Source of the DNA: an uncultured Acidobacteriota bacterium
GTDB lineage: Bacteria > Acidobacteriota > Blastocatellia > RBC074
Assembly (NCBI GenBank): GCA_963796275.1
Contig: CAWCKY010000007.1
Coordinates: 448,001 to 512,000, forward strand
Reading direction: 5' to 3'
Length of the DNA stretch: 64,000 bases
The stretch's first letter is position 1. Every line of letters begins with the position of its first letter. The notes below the pieces were generated by a model. It was not told the DNA's origin. It did no database searches and saw only the letters and a program-made list of their open reading frames with translations. The position numbers and the translations under genes were made by a program. Shown piece by piece: positions 31,615 to 44,272 of this stretch.

Positions 31615-34600
31615 ATGCACAGAACTATGATGGCAGCGCTTAGGAGGCTGGTCAGTTTAGTCATGCTGCTGGCATTCACCGGTTCCGTCGTTTGGGCGCA
31701 ATTTACCAGTGCTATTGAAGGGACGGTGACCGATCCTGCTGGAGCCGTCGTATCGAAAGCCAAAGTGACGATCAAGAATACCGGCACGGGGACCGAGCGA
31801 ATGATTGAGACATCGGATGCCGGATATTTCCGGATTTCATCGCTACCGGCGTCCTCGTTTACCGTTACGGTGAGCGCGCCCGGATTCAAAACCACCGTCC
31901 AGACCATAAGTCTCGAGGTTACCCAGATCAAGACATTGAATATCGATCTGCAAGTAGGCGGAGCGGCGGAAGAGGTACTGGTGACCGGGGAGGCGCCGCA
32001 GATCGAATCCTCTCAAGCATCCGTCTCCAATCTGATTGATAAGAAGCGCGTGGCCGATATGCCCCTGGTGGGAAGAAACTTTTATTCGCTGGTGGTGCTT
32101 ACGCCCGGAGTGACCGGACTGCCTTCGGGAGGTGGCCAGGCATACGCCCAGGCGACCGGGGATGTATTCTCAGCGGAATATGGCGTGAACCTCAACGGCA
32201 ACGGGCAGCGCGCCGAATCCAATGGATTCCTCGTCGATTCGGCTAACGTAGGAGGAACGCCGCGCGGGGGCGTCACCAACGTCAATCCCAATGCCGATAC
32301 GGTGCAGGAGCTGCGCGTCTCGGTCAATAACTACTCCGCCGAGAACGGGCGGAACAGCTCGGTGCTGGTCAACGTGGTGACTAAATCCGGGACCAACGAT
32401 TATCACGGTACCATCGGCTGGTACCATACCAACAACCGCTTGCAGTCGCGCACCTACACGCAGACCGAAGTTCCCGTCTTCCGGCGTAATGAGGCCAATT
32501 GGAGTCTGGGCGGCCCCATCATCAAGAACAAGACCCACTTCTTCGGCTCAATGGACATTCTGCGTTCGGGTGTCGGCACGGGTTTTCAGGCCAATACCGT
32601 GACGGATGATTTCATCAATTTCATGAGGCAGAGGTTCCCGAACAACATTTCGACGCTCGTCATGGATACGTATCGGGGGCAACTGCAATCCAGCGCGGTA
32701 GCGCTCACGGCTGGTGATGTGTTGGCCGGGAGGGATATTAATTGCGGCAGCGAGCTGATCACCACGCCGCTCGGACAGATGCCCTGCAATTTCCCGATGA
32801 CCAGGATCGGGTCATCCGAGCAGACACTGCCTCGCGATGGCATCCAGGTGACCGCTCGCGTTGATCACCAGTTCAACGAAGGCAAGGATCGGATCTATGG
32901 AAACTTCATCCGCACTACCAATCAGCTCGTGACTTTCGGAACGCCAAATGTCTATCCGGACTTTACCACCATTCAGCCGCAGTACTCGAATTACGGCAAC
33001 ATCAACCATACCCATATCTTCAGCCCGAGGCTGCTGAACGAGATGTCGGTCGCCGCCACGAGGGCTTATGGCGAGGCGCCGCTGGCGCACGGCGAGATCC
33101 CGTTGCTCACCGTTCCCGGGATCGAGGAATACGGCACAGGTTTCTCCGACGCGACCTTCATTCAGAACAACTTCGAGTGGCGCGATATGATGTCGTATAA
33201 CCGTGGCAACCATAGCTTCAAGTTCGGTGCCCGGTACGCGAAGGATGATGCCTGGAAGGGCGGGGCGCTATTTTCCAATGTCTTCACCCGCCCGCAGTTC
33301 ACCTTTAATAACCTCTTCGATTTTGCGCTCGATGATCCGTTTCAGGAATCCAACATAGGGTTCAACCCGCAGACCGGTGAGAACAAAGGGGTGGATTTCC
33401 GGCCATATTTCAACAGTCTTTCATTCTTCGTCAACGACGACTGGAAAGTTCGTCCGAAGCTGACGCTCACTCTCGGATTGCGCTGGGAGACATTCTTTGC
33501 GCCGAAAGATTACGACAATTTCTACACCGGAATGGTTTTCGATGGCGGAAATACATTCCAGGAGATCATCGCCAACTCGATGAGCGTCAATAAGCCGCCG
33601 CTCGATGGAACCGACTTTAACAACTTCGCTCCCAGGCTGGGCATCGCGTGGTCGCCGGGTAAGGAAGATAAGATCTCGATTCGCGCCGGAGTTGGCGTTT
33701 TTTATGATCGTTTCGCCGGTCAGTTCTTCCACGATGCGCAAACCTTCGCTCCGGTGTTTGGAGTAGCCACAGCGAGAAAAGACACGGCCCCCGTGGTCCC
33801 GGTTTACGGCCTGAGCAGGACGACCGAGAGCCCGTGGCAGTTCCCGGTCATTCCTAACCTGCAGGTCGGATTGGATCCGAAAGGCGGGCTCATCGGTGTG
33901 CCATCGGAGTTGTCGAATGCCGATCCGAATATGAGGACGCAGTATGCGATCAACTGGTCTCTCGCCGTTCAATATGCACTCGCCAAGGATTACGTGGTGG
34001 AGGCGACCTATATCGGTTCGGTAGGGCGGAAGCTTTACATGGAATACGACGTGAATCGCTTTCACGGCGATCTGCTCGATGGCAAGCTCGATCGATTAAA
34101 TTCAAGTTTTGGCTTAATCGGCTATGCGCAAGCGAACGGAAGTTCGGCTTATCACGGCGGAACCTTGAGCATCAAAAAGCGGTTCACCAGGGGGCTGGAT
34201 TTTCAGGCTGGATATACCGTAGGCAAGGCGATCGACTATGCCAGCAGCTTTGGCAGGGGCTTGAATATTTTTGACCCATTGAACCTGCAATTGAATCGCG
34301 GGCGCGCCGATTTCGATGTCCGGCAAAAATTCGCTTCGAGCATCGTTTATCAAATACCGAGGCCGCAGTTCTTGAATGCGGTTAGCAGAATATTCGAAGG
34401 ATGGCAGGTAGGGGCGATCACGATCCTGCAATCGGGACCGCCGTTGGGCGTCAATTGCGGTCTTGCGTTCAGACCGCCGGAAGATGAGGATGGCAATGTA
34501 ATCTTGGATGCGAGCGGCCGGGTCACCGGCAACAACGGATGCGATTACAATGCCGACGGCCTCGCCGGTGATCCCTTGAATGCGCCGGCCTTCGGCAATT

Positions 34601-34944
34601 CGTTGACCGGACTCAACCGATCGAACTACATGTTCCCCAATCGCATCTTTGCGGTCTCGGACTTTCCGGTGCCCGGGCTTGGCCAGATAGGGAATCTAGG
34701 CCGTAACACATTCCAGAACCCCGGCTATGCCAATACCGATTTCATCATAATGAAGAGGACAAAAATCCCGTGGTTTTTCGGAAGCGAGGGAGCCAATTTC
34801 CTCTTCCGGGTGGAATTTTTCAATCTCTTAAATCGGGTGAATCTCGACCGGGCGATCGGCGATATCTCTGACCCTAACTTCGGCAGATCGACGCAGGCTT
34901 TTGGGGCGAGAAACATCCAGTTTGGGGCCAAGATAGAATTCTGA
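31615..34944 (+). CDS. TonB-dependent receptor, Oar-like
   Basis: MPLVGRNFYSL, KSGTNDYHG, NDDWKV...LTLTLGLRWE, terminal ARNIQFGAKIEF; start chosen from GAGAGGA RBS. Confidence 0.92.
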   Translation: MHRTMMAALRRLVSLVMLLAFTGSVVWAQFTSAIEGTVTDPAGAVVSKAKVTIKNTGTGTERMIETSDAGYFRISSLPASSFTVTVSAPGFKTTVQTISLEVTQIKTLNIDLQVGGAAEEVLVTGEAPQIESSQASVSNLIDKKRVADMPLVGRNFYSLVVLTPGVTGLPSGGGQAYAQATGDVFSAEYGVNLNGNGQRAESNGFLVDSANVGGTPRGGVTNVNPNADTVQELRVSVNNYSAENGRNSSVLVNVVTKSGTNDYHGTIGWYHTNNRLQSRTYTQTEVPVFRRNEANWSLGGPIIKNKTHFFGSMDILRSGVGTGFQANTVTDDFINFMRQRFPNNISTLVMDTYRGQLQSSAVALTAGDVLAGRDINCGSELITTPLGQMPCNFPMTRIGSSEQTLPRDGIQVTARVDHQFNEGKDRIYGNFIRTTNQLVTFGTPNVYPDFTTIQPQYSNYGNINHTHIFSPRLLNEMSVAATRAYGEAPLAHGEIPLLTVPGIEEYGTGFSDATFIQNNFEWRDMMSYNRGNHSFKFGARYAKDDAWKGGALFSNVFTRPQFTFNNLFDFALDDPFQESNIGFNPQTGENKGVDFRPYFNSLSFFVNDDWKVRPKLTLTLGLRWETFFAPKDYDNFYTGMVFDGGNTFQEIIANSMSVNKPPLDGTDFNNFAPRLGIAWSPGKEDKISIRAGVGVFYDRFAGQFFHDAQTFAPVFGVATARKDTAPVVPVYGLSRTTESPWQFPVIPNLQVGLDPKGGLIGVPSELSNADPNMRTQYAINWSLAVQYALAKDYVVEATYIGSVGRKLYMEYDVNRFHGDLLDGKLDRLNSSFGLIGYAQANGSSAYHGGTLSIKKRFTRGLDFQAGYTVGKAIDYASSFGRGLNIFDPLNLQLNRGRADFDVRQKFASSIVYQIPRPQFLNAVSRIFEGWQVGAITILQSGPPLGVNCGLAFRPPEDEDGNVILDASGRVTGNNGCDYNADGLAGDPLNAPAFGNSLTGLNRSNYMFPNRIFAVSDFPVPGLGQIGNLGRNTFQNPGYANTDFIIMKRTKIPWFFGSEGANFLFRVEFFNLLNRVNLDRAIGDISDPNFGRSTQAFGARNIQFGAKIEF

Positions 34945-34957
34945 TAGATTCTCTCCC

Positions 34958-36711
34958 GTGGAGATCAGGAGAGAAATCAATACCGCGAGCGGTAACGAGC
35001 GAGTCACGATCGATCGGTCGTTGAAGGGGACCCGCTCGCTACCGCTCGCGGTTCAGATTATGAGCGCAATATTTATCAGAACCTGTGCGACCGCGGTTCT
35101 GTGGGCTTTGCTGGCACTTCCTCTTAATGGTCAACCGCCTGCATCACAGGGTTCCTATGAACAGGCGCTATCGTTGATCAAGCAGCGACAGCTCGAGCCG
35201 GGAATCGCATTATTGCGAAAAATTCTGGAGCAGTCTCCGGACGATCTGCGGGCGCATAATCTAATTGGAATCGCCCTGACGACATCCGGAAAGATCGCAG
35301 AGGCCAATACTCATTTCCAACAGGCGATCAAACTGAATCCCAAGTTTTATCCGGCCTTGAAGAATCTTGCGATCAATGAGATGAGACTCAATCGCATCGA
35401 AGAGGCCGAGGCGCACCTGACGCTGGCGGTACAAATCGAACCGAAAGACCCGGTTATCCATCTGGCGCTCGGAGAGATTCACTTTCAGAGGAAGCAGTTT
35501 CGGGAGGCAGCCGATCACTACGATCAGAGCCGCGATCTTCCATTTAATGATCCGCGCATGGTGTTGAACTTTGCGGTAAGTTGCCTGGAATCGAATCAGG
35601 GGGAGAAAGCGCTCGGACTTTTGGAGAAACTCCCGCCTGAAGCGGATGCGGTGAGTCGCTTCGAAGCAGGCATGATCTTTGCCCGCTCGGGCGATAATGA
35701 GCGCGCGGCAGGACAATTCGAACGGGCTCGCCAAGGCTACCCTGATCAATATGAAGTCGCCTTCAACCTGACCCTCGCCTACGTCAAGAGTCGCAACTAC
35801 AAGGCTGCCATCCGAACAGCGCAGGAATACCTCTCACAGGGGCAAACGGGGCAAACGGGGCAAACGGGGCAAACGGGACAAACGGGGCAACTGGGGCAAT
35901 CGAAGCAACCGGGGCAACGGAACGCCGACATATACAACCTGCTTTCTCAGGCATATGAGGGTAATGGGCAGACGGTCGATGCCTACAATGCATTGCGCAC
36001 GGCCACACAGCTCGATCCGAAATACGAGAATAACTATCTCGATCTGGCGACCTTGTGTGTGGATCACGCCAATTACGATCTCGGTCTGGAGATCGTAAAT
36101 ATCGGCATCAAGAATATTCCTCAATCGGGCCGTCTATTTTTTCAACGCGGGACGCTGCTGGCGATGAAGGGGCAATCGAGGGAGGCAGGGGCTGATTTCG
36201 AAACTGCGAGCCGTTTCTCGCCGCAACAGAATCTGCCTTATCTGGCCAGGGGACTCGTGCTTCTGGAGGTGGGGCAGACGGCCAGTGCGATTGAGCTTCT
36301 GAGGCAGAGAGCTATCGCCAGTCCAAATGATTATCTGGTCCAGTACATACTGGGAGAGGCACTGAATCGCAGCGGCCCGGCGGCCGGAAGCGCCGAGTTG
36401 AAAGAGGCGATCCAATCGCTGGAGAAGTCGGTTCGGATGAAACCCGACTTCGCGGCGTCGCGCGCTGTTTTGGGTAAGCTGCTGCTGCGCAGCGGTGAAG
36501 TCGATCGCGCGATCCTGGAACTCGAGAAGGCGCTCGAACTCGATCCCCAGGAGACCTCCTCGCTTTATCAACTCGCGCTGGCATACCGCAGGAAGGGCAA
36601 GCTGGAACGTGCAAAGGAACTGTTTGCAAAGGTCGATCAGGCCAAAACTGAGAGCAGGGAACAGTTCATGAAACGCACCCTGCTCCGTCTCGTTCGCGAA
36701 GGCTCACAATA

Positions 36712-36712
<1 letters not shown>
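34958..36712 (+). CDS. Exported TPR protein (true start may be ATG 35060), containing an in-frame (GQT)n insert
   Basis: TPR units throughout; signal peptide MSAIFIRTCATAVLWALLALPLNG. Confidence 0.88.
34982..35052. repeat. REP family C palindrome (ACCGCGAGCGGTAGCGAGCG...CGCTCGCTACCGCTCGCGGT)
   Basis: 20-bp arms at 34982-35001 and 35033-35052; same family at 42203 and 61309. Confidence 0.8.
35839..35920 (+). repeat. 9-bp tandem repeat (GGGGCAAAC)n, in frame, encoding [26 protein letters not shown]
   Basis: Seen directly; decays toward the 3' end. Confidence 0.9.
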
Positions 36713-38514
<1,802 letters not shown>

Positions 38515-38543
38515 CTTTCGTTTGAACTGTAGTAACTATCTAA

Positions 38544-38641
38544 CATTTTACAATTGTCATTTTACATTTGTCATTTGTCATTGAAGAAGCTGCATTCCTT
38601 CAACGACAAATCATAAATGTAAAATGACAATTGTAAAATGA
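38544..38641. repeat. AT-rich inverted heptamer array (same family as 20072-20186)
   Basis: cattttacaattgtcattttacattt ... aaatgtaaaatgacaattgtaaaatg. Confidence 0.85.
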
Positions 38642-38703
38642 AAGTACCGAACAATCCTGCCTGACTCCTTACACGATCTACTAATTTACAGAGGAGTATC
38701 CCT

Positions 38704-41700
38704 ATGCTACGACAGGTATCAGCGTTAAGCAGTCTCGTTCTATTTGTTCTGTTCGCACACGCATCGGCGCGCGCGCAGGCTGTTTACGGTAACATAGTCG
38801 GCACTGTCACCGACCAGCAAAGCGCGGCGGTGGCCAACGCGAAGGTGACGATCACAGACACGCAGCGGCAGGTCAGTTTCAATACCACGACCAACAGCGA
38901 CGGCAACTTCACGCAGCGCTTTCTGATCGCCGGGACATACCAGGTGCGCATCGTGGCGGGCGGTTTCAAGGCCGCGCTTCAGAATGTCTCGGTTTCCGTA
39001 GACCAGGAGTCGCGTCTCGACGTGAAGCTCGAGGTAGGCGAGGTCAGTCAGGTTGTCGAGATCACCGCGGAGTCTCCGCTGCTGAAGACCGAGCGCAGCG
39101 ACGTCGCGGTCACTTTCAGCGAAAAGGCCATGACCAATCTGCCCATCCAGAACCGGCGCTTCACGGCGGTCGAAATTTTTACTCCGGGGATAACGGCCTT
39201 TCCGGGCCAGACGGCCGCCAGCGAGGACCCGCAGGGCTCATTCCGCAAGGTCGTCAACGGGCAGAGCTTCGCCGGCACGTCCCACCTGCTCGACGGCACC
39301 GATAACCATGATTCGATGCTCGGCCTGATAGTCATCAACCCGACGCTCGAATCGGTGACCGAGGCCAAGGTTACGACGGCCAATTACGACGCCGAGTTCG
39401 GAGCGAACGCCGGCGTGGTGAGCGCTCAGACGCGCTCCGGCACCAATGATTTTCACGCCGTCGGGTTCGAATTCCTGCGCAACGACCACTTCCAGGCGCG
39501 CAACCCGTTCACACAGTTCCGCAATATCCAAGGGACTGACCGATCCATTCCCGTCACGCAGATGAATCAGTTCGGAGCGGCGGTCAGCGGCCCGGTCGTC
39601 AGGAACAAGCTCTTCTTCTTCGGCGATTACCAGGGCACGCGGCGCAATATCGGGGGCTCCGTCCTGATGCGCGTACCGACGGCGGCTGAGCGCGCGGGCG
39701 ACTTCTCGGCCACGGGCGTGCCGATCTTCGATCCGGCGGGAGATGCGGCCCCTGCTGGCCGCCAGCAGTTCCAGACTGCTGACGGGAGACCGAATGTCAT
39801 TCCTTCCGATCGCCTCTCGCAACAGGCCATCAATCTGCTCAACCAGTATATCCCGCTGCCGAACTTCACACCCGGGTCACCCGATCTGCCCAATTACGTG
39901 GGCTCGGGCACGGTCAAATTCGACGAAGACCTGACCAACACGCGTTGGGATTATTATGTGAACGAGAAGATGCATGCCTTCGGGCGCTATAGCTTCGCCG
40001 ATTACCGGCTGATCTCGCCCGGCGTCTTCGGAAGCGCTGGGGGCGGCGTCGGCTTCGATCCGAACTCGACCTTCTCAGGCGAATCCAGGACGCGCAACCA
40101 GAGCATCGCATCCGGATTCGACTACACGGTGAGCGCGAACTGGGTGACTGATTTTCGATTCGGCTATTACCGCTACCGGGTGAACGTCGATCCGGGGCAG
40201 TTGCAGTCCACTCCGGCTACGGACGCCGGAATTCCGGGCCTCAACAATGACGACTTCACCGGGGGCATGCCCGGCTTCTTCATCAATGGCGTGGCCGGTT
40301 TCAACTTCGGATATGCGCTCGGCGTCTCGGCGTGCAACTGCCCGCTGCGCCAGAACGAGCGGCAGTTCCAGTTCGTAAACAACTGGACGAACCTGCGCGG
40401 CAACCACACGATCAAGTTCGGCGCGGATATACGTCGCGCGATGAACCTGCGCGTCCCGAGCGATCGGCATCGCGCGGGCGAATTGAATTTCGATGCCGCG
40501 CGCACGCAGGGCGTGACCGGCTTCCGGATCAATCCTGTCACGGGGCTGAGGGAGCCGATCATCGGCGGCGGCACCGGCCTCGCCTCCTTCCTGCTCGGCG
40601 AGGTGAGCCGTTTCGAGCGCTACGTCAGCAACACGCTCGATGCCGAAGAGCGCCAGAACCGCTGGTTCTTCTTCGGCCAGGACACCTGGCGCGTTACGCA
40701 GAATTTGACGGTAAACTTCGGCGGGCGCTGGGAACTCTACCGCCCGCAGACGGTGACGGGCGCCGGCAAGGGCGGTTTCGTCGACATCGAAACGGGCGAA
40801 GTGCTGATCGCGGGCAGCGAAGGAGTTGGTCTCGATTTAAATCAGAAGGGAACACTAACGACCATCGCGCCGCGCATCGGCATCGCTTATCGCGTGACTG
40901 ATAAGACGGTCGTGCGTTTGGGCTTCGGGCGAGGATTCGATATCGGTGTGTTCGGCTCTGTCTTCGGCCATAACGTGACGCAGAACCTGCCGGTGCTGGC
41001 GATTCAATCAAATCAGCCGGCGCAGAACTACCTCTCGGTATTCACGCTCGCGCAGGGGCCGCAGCCTCTCAACCCCGACACGCTGCTCAACAATCAGCCG
41101 AGAGGACCGAACGGCCGTCCGATGCTGCCGAACGGCGTAACGGCGTTCATACTGCCCGAAACGCTGCGTCTGCCTACGAGCGACCAGTGGAACGTGACTG
41201 TGCAGCGTCAACTGCCCGGCGAACTCTCGGTTGAAGCGGCATACGTTGGCACGAAGGGCACGCACGTCTTCGCGGGCAACGGTGGCGACTACGATTTCAA
41301 CCAGGCCATCGTTCAGGGGTTTCCCGCGGTGAGCCTCAATCAACGCAAGCCTTTCTTCCAGAAATTCGGGTGGTCGCAGAACTTCCGCTACTACGGCTCG
41401 GACGCCAGCAACAACTACCATGGGCTGCAGCTCAAGGCCGATAAACGCTTCTCGAAGGGGTTTTCGATGCTGAGCCACTACACCTGGTCGCGGTCGTTCA
41501 ACTATACGAACACTTACTACAACATTGACGCAACACAGGCATATGGTCCGAACGATAACACGCGTAGCCACGTCTTCTTGTTCAGCGGGATTTATGAGCT
41601 GCCGTTCGGCAAGGGCAGGAAATATCTGTCCGGAGGAAATAAGGCGCTGGACTTCATCGTTGGCGGCTGGCAGATGAACACGATCTTTCAGTGGCAGAGC

Positions 41701-42153
41701 GGGCTGCCTTTCACGCCGACCTATCGCGACTGCAACGCAGACCGCGACACGGGCTGGTGCCGTCCGGATGTGGTGGGCGACTGGAGGTTGGACAATCCGA
41801 CCCGCAACGCGTGGTTCAAGACTACATCTGTGCCGCTCACGGTTAATGGTCAGGCTGACGGACCGTGGCGTCGCCCGGCGCAGGGAACGTTCGGCAATGT
41901 GGGTCGCAACAGATTACTGGGCCCTTCATTCTCGCAATGGGATATGTCGTTCTTCAAGAGCTTCGCGATCACGGAAAGATTCAAAGCGCAGTTCCGCGCG
42001 GAATCGTTCAACTTCGCCAATAAGATGAGCCTCGCTAATCCGACTATGAACGGAGCATGTGTAGATTGCCCCGGGACGGCGGGCACGATCACAAGTCTCT
42101 ATCGGCTGGCGACACCGCGACAGTGGCAATTCGGGTTGCGGTTGGAATTTTAG
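38704..42153 (+). CDS. TonB-dependent receptor, Oar-like
   Basis: AQAVYGNIVGTVTD, RSGTNDFHA, QDTWRV, terminal PRQWQFGLRLEF. Confidence 0.93.
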   Translation: MLRQVSALSSLVLFVLFAHASARAQAVYGNIVGTVTDQQSAAVANAKVTITDTQRQVSFNTTTNSDGNFTQRFLIAGTYQVRIVAGGFKAALQNVSVSVDQESRLDVKLEVGEVSQVVEITAESPLLKTERSDVAVTFSEKAMTNLPIQNRRFTAVEIFTPGITAFPGQTAASEDPQGSFRKVVNGQSFAGTSHLLDGTDNHDSMLGLIVINPTLESVTEAKVTTANYDAEFGANAGVVSAQTRSGTNDFHAVGFEFLRNDHFQARNPFTQFRNIQGTDRSIPVTQMNQFGAAVSGPVVRNKLFFFGDYQGTRRNIGGSVLMRVPTAAERAGDFSATGVPIFDPAGDAAPAGRQQFQTADGRPNVIPSDRLSQQAINLLNQYIPLPNFTPGSPDLPNYVGSGTVKFDEDLTNTRWDYYVNEKMHAFGRYSFADYRLISPGVFGSAGGGVGFDPNSTFSGESRTRNQSIASGFDYTVSANWVTDFRFGYYRYRVNVDPGQLQSTPATDAGIPGLNNDDFTGGMPGFFINGVAGFNFGYALGVSACNCPLRQNERQFQFVNNWTNLRGNHTIKFGADIRRAMNLRVPSDRHRAGELNFDAARTQGVTGFRINPVTGLREPIIGGGTGLASFLLGEVSRFERYVSNTLDAEERQNRWFFFGQDTWRVTQNLTVNFGGRWELYRPQTVTGAGKGGFVDIETGEVLIAGSEGVGLDLNQKGTLTTIAPRIGIAYRVTDKTVVRLGFGRGFDIGVFGSVFGHNVTQNLPVLAIQSNQPAQNYLSVFTLAQGPQPLNPDTLLNNQPRGPNGRPMLPNGVTAFILPETLRLPTSDQWNVTVQRQLPGELSVEAAYVGTKGTHVFAGNGGDYDFNQAIVQGFPAVSLNQRKPFFQKFGWSQNFRYYGSDASNNYHGLQLKADKRFSKGFSMLSHYTWSRSFNYTNTYYNIDATQAYGPNDNTRSHVFLFSGIYELPFGKGRKYLSGGNKALDFIVGGWQMNTIFQWQSGLPFTPTYRDCNADRDTGWCRPDVVGDWRLDNPTRNAWFKTTSVPLTVNGQADGPWRRPAQGTFGNVGRNRLLGPSFSQWDMSFFKSFAITERFKAQFRAESFNFANKMSLANPTMNGACVDCPGTAGTITSLYRLATPRQWQFGLRLEF

Positions 42154-42202
42154 TAGTCTGTAAACAAGTTATTTGATGTTAAAAGGCGCTTCAAGTTCGA
42201 AA

Positions 42203-42510
42203 CAGTACCGCGAGCGGTAGCGAGCGTGTCTCAATCAATAAATTGGTTCGGGTACAACGCTTGCTACCGCTCGCTAGCCCGCGAAGCGGGCAATAGGATA
42301 AAGCCCAGGGTGGAGCCGAAGGCGGAACCCTGGGGATCTCGTCACCAAGTCGCGGAAGCCCACGAAGTGGGCGATAGACCTCAAAATTGCGTGGTTGATC
42401 CCAAACTCTGTCGCCCATTTCATGGGCTTGAATCAATTTATCATAACTCACCCAGGGTTCCGGCTTCGCCTCCACCCTGGGCTTTATCCTATCGCCCGCT
42501 TCGCGGGCTA
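42203..42510. repeat. Adjacent REP family C palindrome (42203-42274) and long family B inverted pair (42275-42510)
   Basis: TAGCCCGCGAAGCGGGCAATAGGATAAAGCCCAGGGTGGAG ... CTCCACCCTGGGCTTTATCCTATCGCCCGCTTCGCGGGCTA. Confidence 0.85.
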
Positions 42511-42676
42511 CAGTGATATCAAAAAACTTAGTTTACAGACTATTTAGCTCGATCGCCAGATCTGCCAGAAAACGGAAGCGCCCGGTGAAATCGCACCGGC
42601 GGAATAAGACTGCCGAAAGTGAATGTCACGCAACCCATTTTCTGCTTTTGTCTTTGTTTTTCTGTGGTGAATATTT

Positions 42677-44272
42677 CTATCGGGCTGCCCGTAATGCTTC
42701 CGCGTCGAGGTCGAGTCGGTAAAGGACCTGATTGTAGTCGTACCTTGGAGTTCTTTCCGGATTACCCGAGAAGGTGTTCGTATAGGTTCCCTCGAAATAG
42801 ATAGCGCGCCCGTTATCGCGGTCGAGGAATGAATGATGGCAGACATTGTAAAACGTCTGGCGGTCGTGAGTTATCACTCTCACTGCTTTGCTGAACGGAC
42901 CAGTCGGATGTAGGGCCTCGGAATACCATGCCTCTCCGAGCATCGAGGATTTGCCGAATATTTGGCCCGCGAGCAGCACCCATCTCTTTCGATAGTTATT
43001 CCACCGCACTGAGCCGCTGTGCAAGATCACGCGGTCTTCCGGCATGGCCGAGTCCGCCGGGCAGAACCGGGCGTGCTCCGGCTTGAGCTTGCCATCCTTC
43101 ACCCACTGTTGCTCAGTCTTTGAATCGGTGGGCGGCAAGTCTTTCTGCCATCGCCAGCGTGGCTTGCCATCCTTGTCGATATCCGGTTCCGTCGCATCGG
43201 TGTCAGATTTGGCGCAGGTGAACGCTTCGTATTTTGCCGGGTCGAGGACATCATTCAGATCGGCCGGCACGCGGACGTTCGGCGTCGGGCTGCCGAAGAG
43301 CAGCCACTTTACGCCGCCCTCCTCATATACGATGGGATGACCGCTGGGATGACGCCACGTTTCATTCAACGGTAATTGGCGGGCCGACTCGAAGATTTCG
43401 TCCTTCTCGTTGAATACAGCGATACCTTGTTCGTATTCGCCCTCGAGCCCTTTTCTACGCGAGTAATGGCCGAGAAGTTTCTCGGTTCCGTCAGCGTCCG
43501 TGACGACGAAGACCGCTCCCACCCAAATGACCCCTTCCGGCCTTTCTTTGAGCGGCATCATGGCCCTGGTGAATCCGCTCTTGTCTACGAAGTACTCGTA
43601 TGCGATCCCGTCCGCCGGGTCCGTCGACGGGTTACTTACATCCAGCACCGGAGTCGTCGCACCGGCCATCCGGAACAGTCCGAGCGGGTAGTTCATTCGC
43701 TGAGTGTCGCCCCAGAACCAATAGATCCGGTCGCTGTAGATTGTTGCCTGGATTGAATCCTGTCCGCCGACATGCCCAGGGTTGAGCGGATACGGCAGCG
43801 GGGGGTTGTAGCCCAGCAGGACGCTGTCTCTATACAACCCTTCACCCGTGAGACGGCACATTCGCTCAGCCACATTTCGACGCGTCAGTTTTATGACGGA
43901 TATTTGCCCCGCGCTTGGAGTTATTCTTACGCCTGCGTAACCGAACCCGTCTTTCTGGACCTCATATCCGTGGCTGCGAACATTGAAGAATATCTCACGC
44001 CCCATCAGACCAGGTTCGTGGAAGGCCACACGTCCGGCATTATCGGTGACGAACTTCAGGGCGTTGACGCTCTCCAACTCGACGAGAGGTATGCCACGCC
44101 CGCTGATTGAATCGATCACCTTGATCTCTGCCCAGATGCCCGCAGAATTGAGTGCCTGAGAGCGTACCGTGGCGATGATGGGAATCGAGAGGAGAAAAAC
44201 TGTAAATGATATCCCGAGAAACGCGAGAGATTTGCGCGACACGTGGACGCAACGGCACGAAGGACGTCTCAT
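42677..44272 (-). CDS. Secreted hypothetical protein: Ig-like N-terminal domain plus probable beta-propeller (DUF4185-like)
   Basis: Signal peptide; IKVIDSISGRGIPLVEL; YWFWGDT; SVRWNNYRKRWV. Confidence 0.6.
   Translation of the reverse strand: MRRPSCRCVHVSRKSLAFLGISFTVFLLSIPIIATVRSQALNSAGIWAEIKVIDSISGRGIPLVELESVNALKFVTDNAGRVAFHEPGLMGREIFFNVRSHGYEVQKDGFGYAGVRITPSAGQISVIKLTRRNVAERMCRLTGEGLYRDSVLLGYNPPLPYPLNPGHVGGQDSIQATIYSDRIYWFWGDTQRMNYPLGLFRMAGATTPVLDVSNPSTDPADGIAYEYFVDKSGFTRAMMPLKERPEGVIWVGAVFVVTDADGTEKLLGHYSRRKGLEGEYEQGIAVFNEKDEIFESARQLPLNETWRHPSGHPIVYEEGGVKWLLFGSPTPNVRVPADLNDVLDPAKYEAFTCAKSDTDATEPDIDKDGKPRWRWQKDLPPTDSKTEQQWVKDGKLKPEHARFCPADSAMPEDRVILHSGSVRWNNYRKRWVLLAGQIFGKSSMLGEAWYSEALHPTGPFSKAVRVITHDRQTFYNVCHHSFLDRDNGRAIYFEGTYTNTFSGNPERTPRYDYNQVLYRLDLDAEALRAAR

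Noticed and set aside
42191-42516. Two short opposing ORFs with similar sequence
   Set aside because: Products of the REP inverted repeat
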